Assembly: GCF_902459465.1 (NCBI RefSeq)
Contig: NC_047077.1
Coordinates: forward strand, 12,028,001-12,092,000
Length of the DNA: 64,000 nucleotides
DNA from: Asterias rubens
Taxonomy: Eukaryota
Reading direction: 5' to 3'
Of the stretch, positions 61,091-64,000 are shown one piece after another. Every line of letters starts with the position of its first letter. The stretch's first letter is position 1. The notes below the pieces were generated by a model. That model searched no databases. It was not told where the DNA came from and worked only from the letters and a program-made list of their open reading frames with translations. The translations under genes and the position numbers were made by a program.

Positions 61091-63809
61091 AGTCTCCAAG
61101 CTTATTCAGCTTTAAGCCTTTTTCAGTCGTTGTTTGGTAAGTAATCTACGTTCAACATCACACGAGAATTCCATCTAACGAATGTTATCAAAATTTAATA
61201 TCTCAAAAATTGTATAGCTTTTAGCTTATTGCATTTGTTGTTTTTGTGTGATAAGCATTATACATTCAACCATAAACAGAAATTGCCATCTACGATTTTT
61301 TTAATCAAAATTTAATAAATATAAGGGGGGGGGGCACATAACGTCTCAAATCTTCTTCAGAGTTTAGCTTGCGGTTGCTGATTTTGGTTGGTAAGTTATC
61401 TACATTCAAATTCACCTTAACAATTTGCATTAAAGATTAATATCTAAAAATGGGAGACATGCCTCTCAAAGTTGGTACAGCTTTTAGCTTTTTGCAGTTT
61501 TGTTTGTGTGTGGCTAGTATAGTATAATATTGATGATAATTGTAGCGTGTCGCCAGGAAAAGCCGCTTGATGCTAATATCACTTTGTTGGTGAAGGTTAA
61601 TGGTGTGGTCTTGTCACTCTTATTTAAAAGGAAACGAGCAGAATGGAAAGTTACTAGTAACAAACCTTAGGCATTGCTTCAAAATCACGTTGTTACAGGT
61701 GCATGCGCGTTCTATCTTTAAAACCAAATCGGACGTCGATTTACAAAGGGGTTCTAACAATTTTAGACCAAAAGTAGCATCCTCGTGCAAAAGTTATGTC
61801 AATAAAAAATTTCAAATTATTTGTATTAATGAAACAATCTAAAATCCCATTTAAACGGATTTAAAGATTAAGTGGAGGAGTTCATAAATTGCTCAAATTC
61901 CAAGAGTATTAACTTTTACGCCTAAATTATTGTCAAAATCGTTTAATAGGTTGTCGTAATACGGTTAGTTAATTTGATTGCCGCGATCCAAATAAGCGCA
62001 CAATTTGGGACATACGTGTTAAGATTGAGGACACACACGATTTAGGACACTATTGGTAATTACTCAAAGTAATTATTAGCATAAAACCTTTAAACGAGTA
62101 ATGGAAAAATGTTGACGGTATAAAACTTTGTGAGAAACAGCTCCCTTTGAAGTGCCATAGTTTTCGAGAAAGAACTAATTTTCCACGAATTTGATTTCGA
62201 GACCGCAGATTTAGAACTTGAGGTCTCGAAATCAACCATCTAACGCACACAACTTCGTGTGACAAGGGTGTTTTCTTATTTCATTATTATCTCGCAACTT
62301 CAACGACCAATTGAGCTCAAATTGTCACAGTTTTTTTTATTATTTTGAGCGCATGTTGAGATACACCACCTTTGACAAGTGTCCACTGTCTTTAATGACA
62401 TACACAATATTTTAGACGCGCAAGATGTTGGAAACACATGAGATTCGGGACTAAGATTTAGCACATGAAATTTAGGACACGAGATTTATGACACATATGG
62501 GATATAGGACACACGTTGAATTTAGAACAAGTGATATACGACACATTAGCGTTTACGCCACCGCTTTCGCCTCCTCTCTTTTTAATTGACATGTCATGCT
62601 TCACTTATTTCCTTCCACTATTGTATTATGAAGTGCTCAAATTACCCGACAACGCGTACAAAAATTCTCGTCAACGAAAACAAGAAAAAGAAAGAAAAAA
62701 AAGTTGTAGAATCATCAAAATTTGATTGTTTTTCCCCACAGGTTGTTTGGACGGTATGTATGGTTTAAATTAGAATATGGGAGTTAAACCAATGATGTAA
62801 TTACTCATCCATACACTGCTTCATCGTAGACAGTTTCATCAATCCATTTCACCGCACAAATCAATGTTTCTTTCTGTCTGGTCGTTTCAATTCTCAAGAT
62901 CAATAGCGATGAAAACAATTTCACTAAGGAACTTACAGGTTGCCTTTCTATTTCTTTTAAGAAAAGACCCAATTAAAACACAAATTCCCAGATTAAAATG
63001 ACCTTTTTTATGGACGTCGTCACATAGCCGCCATCTTGAGGGCCTTGTTAAACGACGCAGTTTGTACAGGCAACTTGGAGGCAACCATCTACAGTTAATG
63101 TTATACGGGACCAGTTTGATACCACATGAGTAATTAAAACGGCGCACGGTATTAGCCAATGAAAAACCTCATTTTGACCTCTAATCGAGGGCGCCCTACT
63201 CAAATGACGTCAGAAGCATAAGGTCAGAACCTTATCCCCTCTTGCCCAAACGAAATTGAAAAAAAAAATCTTTAAAAGAGCTCATTTTGAATGAGAAATT
63301 ATCTCCAATGTTTTATATTATCAACAATTACTGTCCTTTGCTCGTTACCAAGCAAGTTGTAAAGCTAGCAAACATTTTGAGTAATTACCAATAGTGCCCA
63401 GTGCCTTTAAAGTGAAAAAATCTCAAACTTGTTTGTATATAAAGACAGGTTGCAAACAGTATTTCAACTGTCTGAGAAAAACATAAAACATTTCAGCAAA
63501 TAATACATTTTTGAAAATGTTACATTAGTTTGTATGTCGAAGGAGAGATAATAATAAAAGAAAAAACGCCCTTGTCACATGAATTTGTGTGCTTTCAGGA
63601 GAAGCTTGATTTCGGTACCACAAAATCTAATTCTGAGGTATCGAAATCAAATTCAAATATTTTAGTGGAAAATTAATTCTTCCAATAGAAAACTGCGTTA
63701 ATTACGAAGAAGCCGTTTCCACATTGTTTTATACTTCCAACAGCTGTCCATTGCTTGTTACCAATTGTAAGTATGAAAAAACTATAATATTTGCTAATGG
63801 CCGACTTAC

Positions 63810-63827
63810 CTCCTTATCTTCTTCCAT
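63810..63827 (-). CDS. SEA-domain protein, probable start-codon exon (MEEDKE)
   Basis: cttttgtttcaag| exon 63810-63854 ending ATG GAA GAA GAT AAG GAG|gtaagt. Phase 0 matches the acceptor at 55003; in-frame stop further upstream. The link across the ~8.8 kb intron is inferred. Confidence 0.6.
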
Positions 63828-64000
63828 TGTCTTTGAGCAGAGCTGTGTTCTCAGCTTGAAACAAAAGAGCAACACAGGTATCCTTTCTGATCACAAGACT
63901 TGTAAAATGTTGACCATTGTATCACTCCAGCACACAACGAATTCTGTTCTATTCAGTTGCAATCCTTCACCAGTATGTTGCTACGATGTCCAACAAGTAA

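Overview
AT-rich eukaryotic genomic DNA with GT-AG introns and dense MITE/SINE/LINE debris. The repeat style suggests an echinoderm such as a sea star, but that is inference only. Two gene systems can be reconstructed by hand. (1) A ~40 kb cluster of five intact secreted six-bladed tectonin (TECPR / tachylectin-1 / fish-egg-lectin type) beta-propeller lectin genes, oriented - + + - -, plus a sixth, truncated and frameshifted paralogue at ~2.1-2.7 kb that the ORF track misses. All six place the ATG and 5-6 codons on a tiny exon joined by a phase-2 intron inside the signal peptide, so the ORF-track starts are wrong. The propellers are conserved but the N-terminal extensions differ: none; furin RVRR then HGHHHFH; dibasic KR propeptide; acidic spacer with CPC. 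(2) A minus-strand five-coding-exon gene for a ~366 aa type II membrane protein with a long acidic Pro-rich cytoplasmic tail, one TM helix and one glycosylated SEA-like domain. It stops there, with no protease domain, and the 3' splice site of its first SEA exon is triplicated in a 117-bp tandem array. The remainder is transposon-derived: TTAA-flanked Kolobok-like MITEs, Harbinger-like elements, palindromic MITEs, tRNA-derived SINEs (several head-to-head) and L2/CR1-type LINE ends. All gene models are hand-spliced and need RNA confirmation. Repeat boundaries are approximate unless TIRs or TSDs are quoted.
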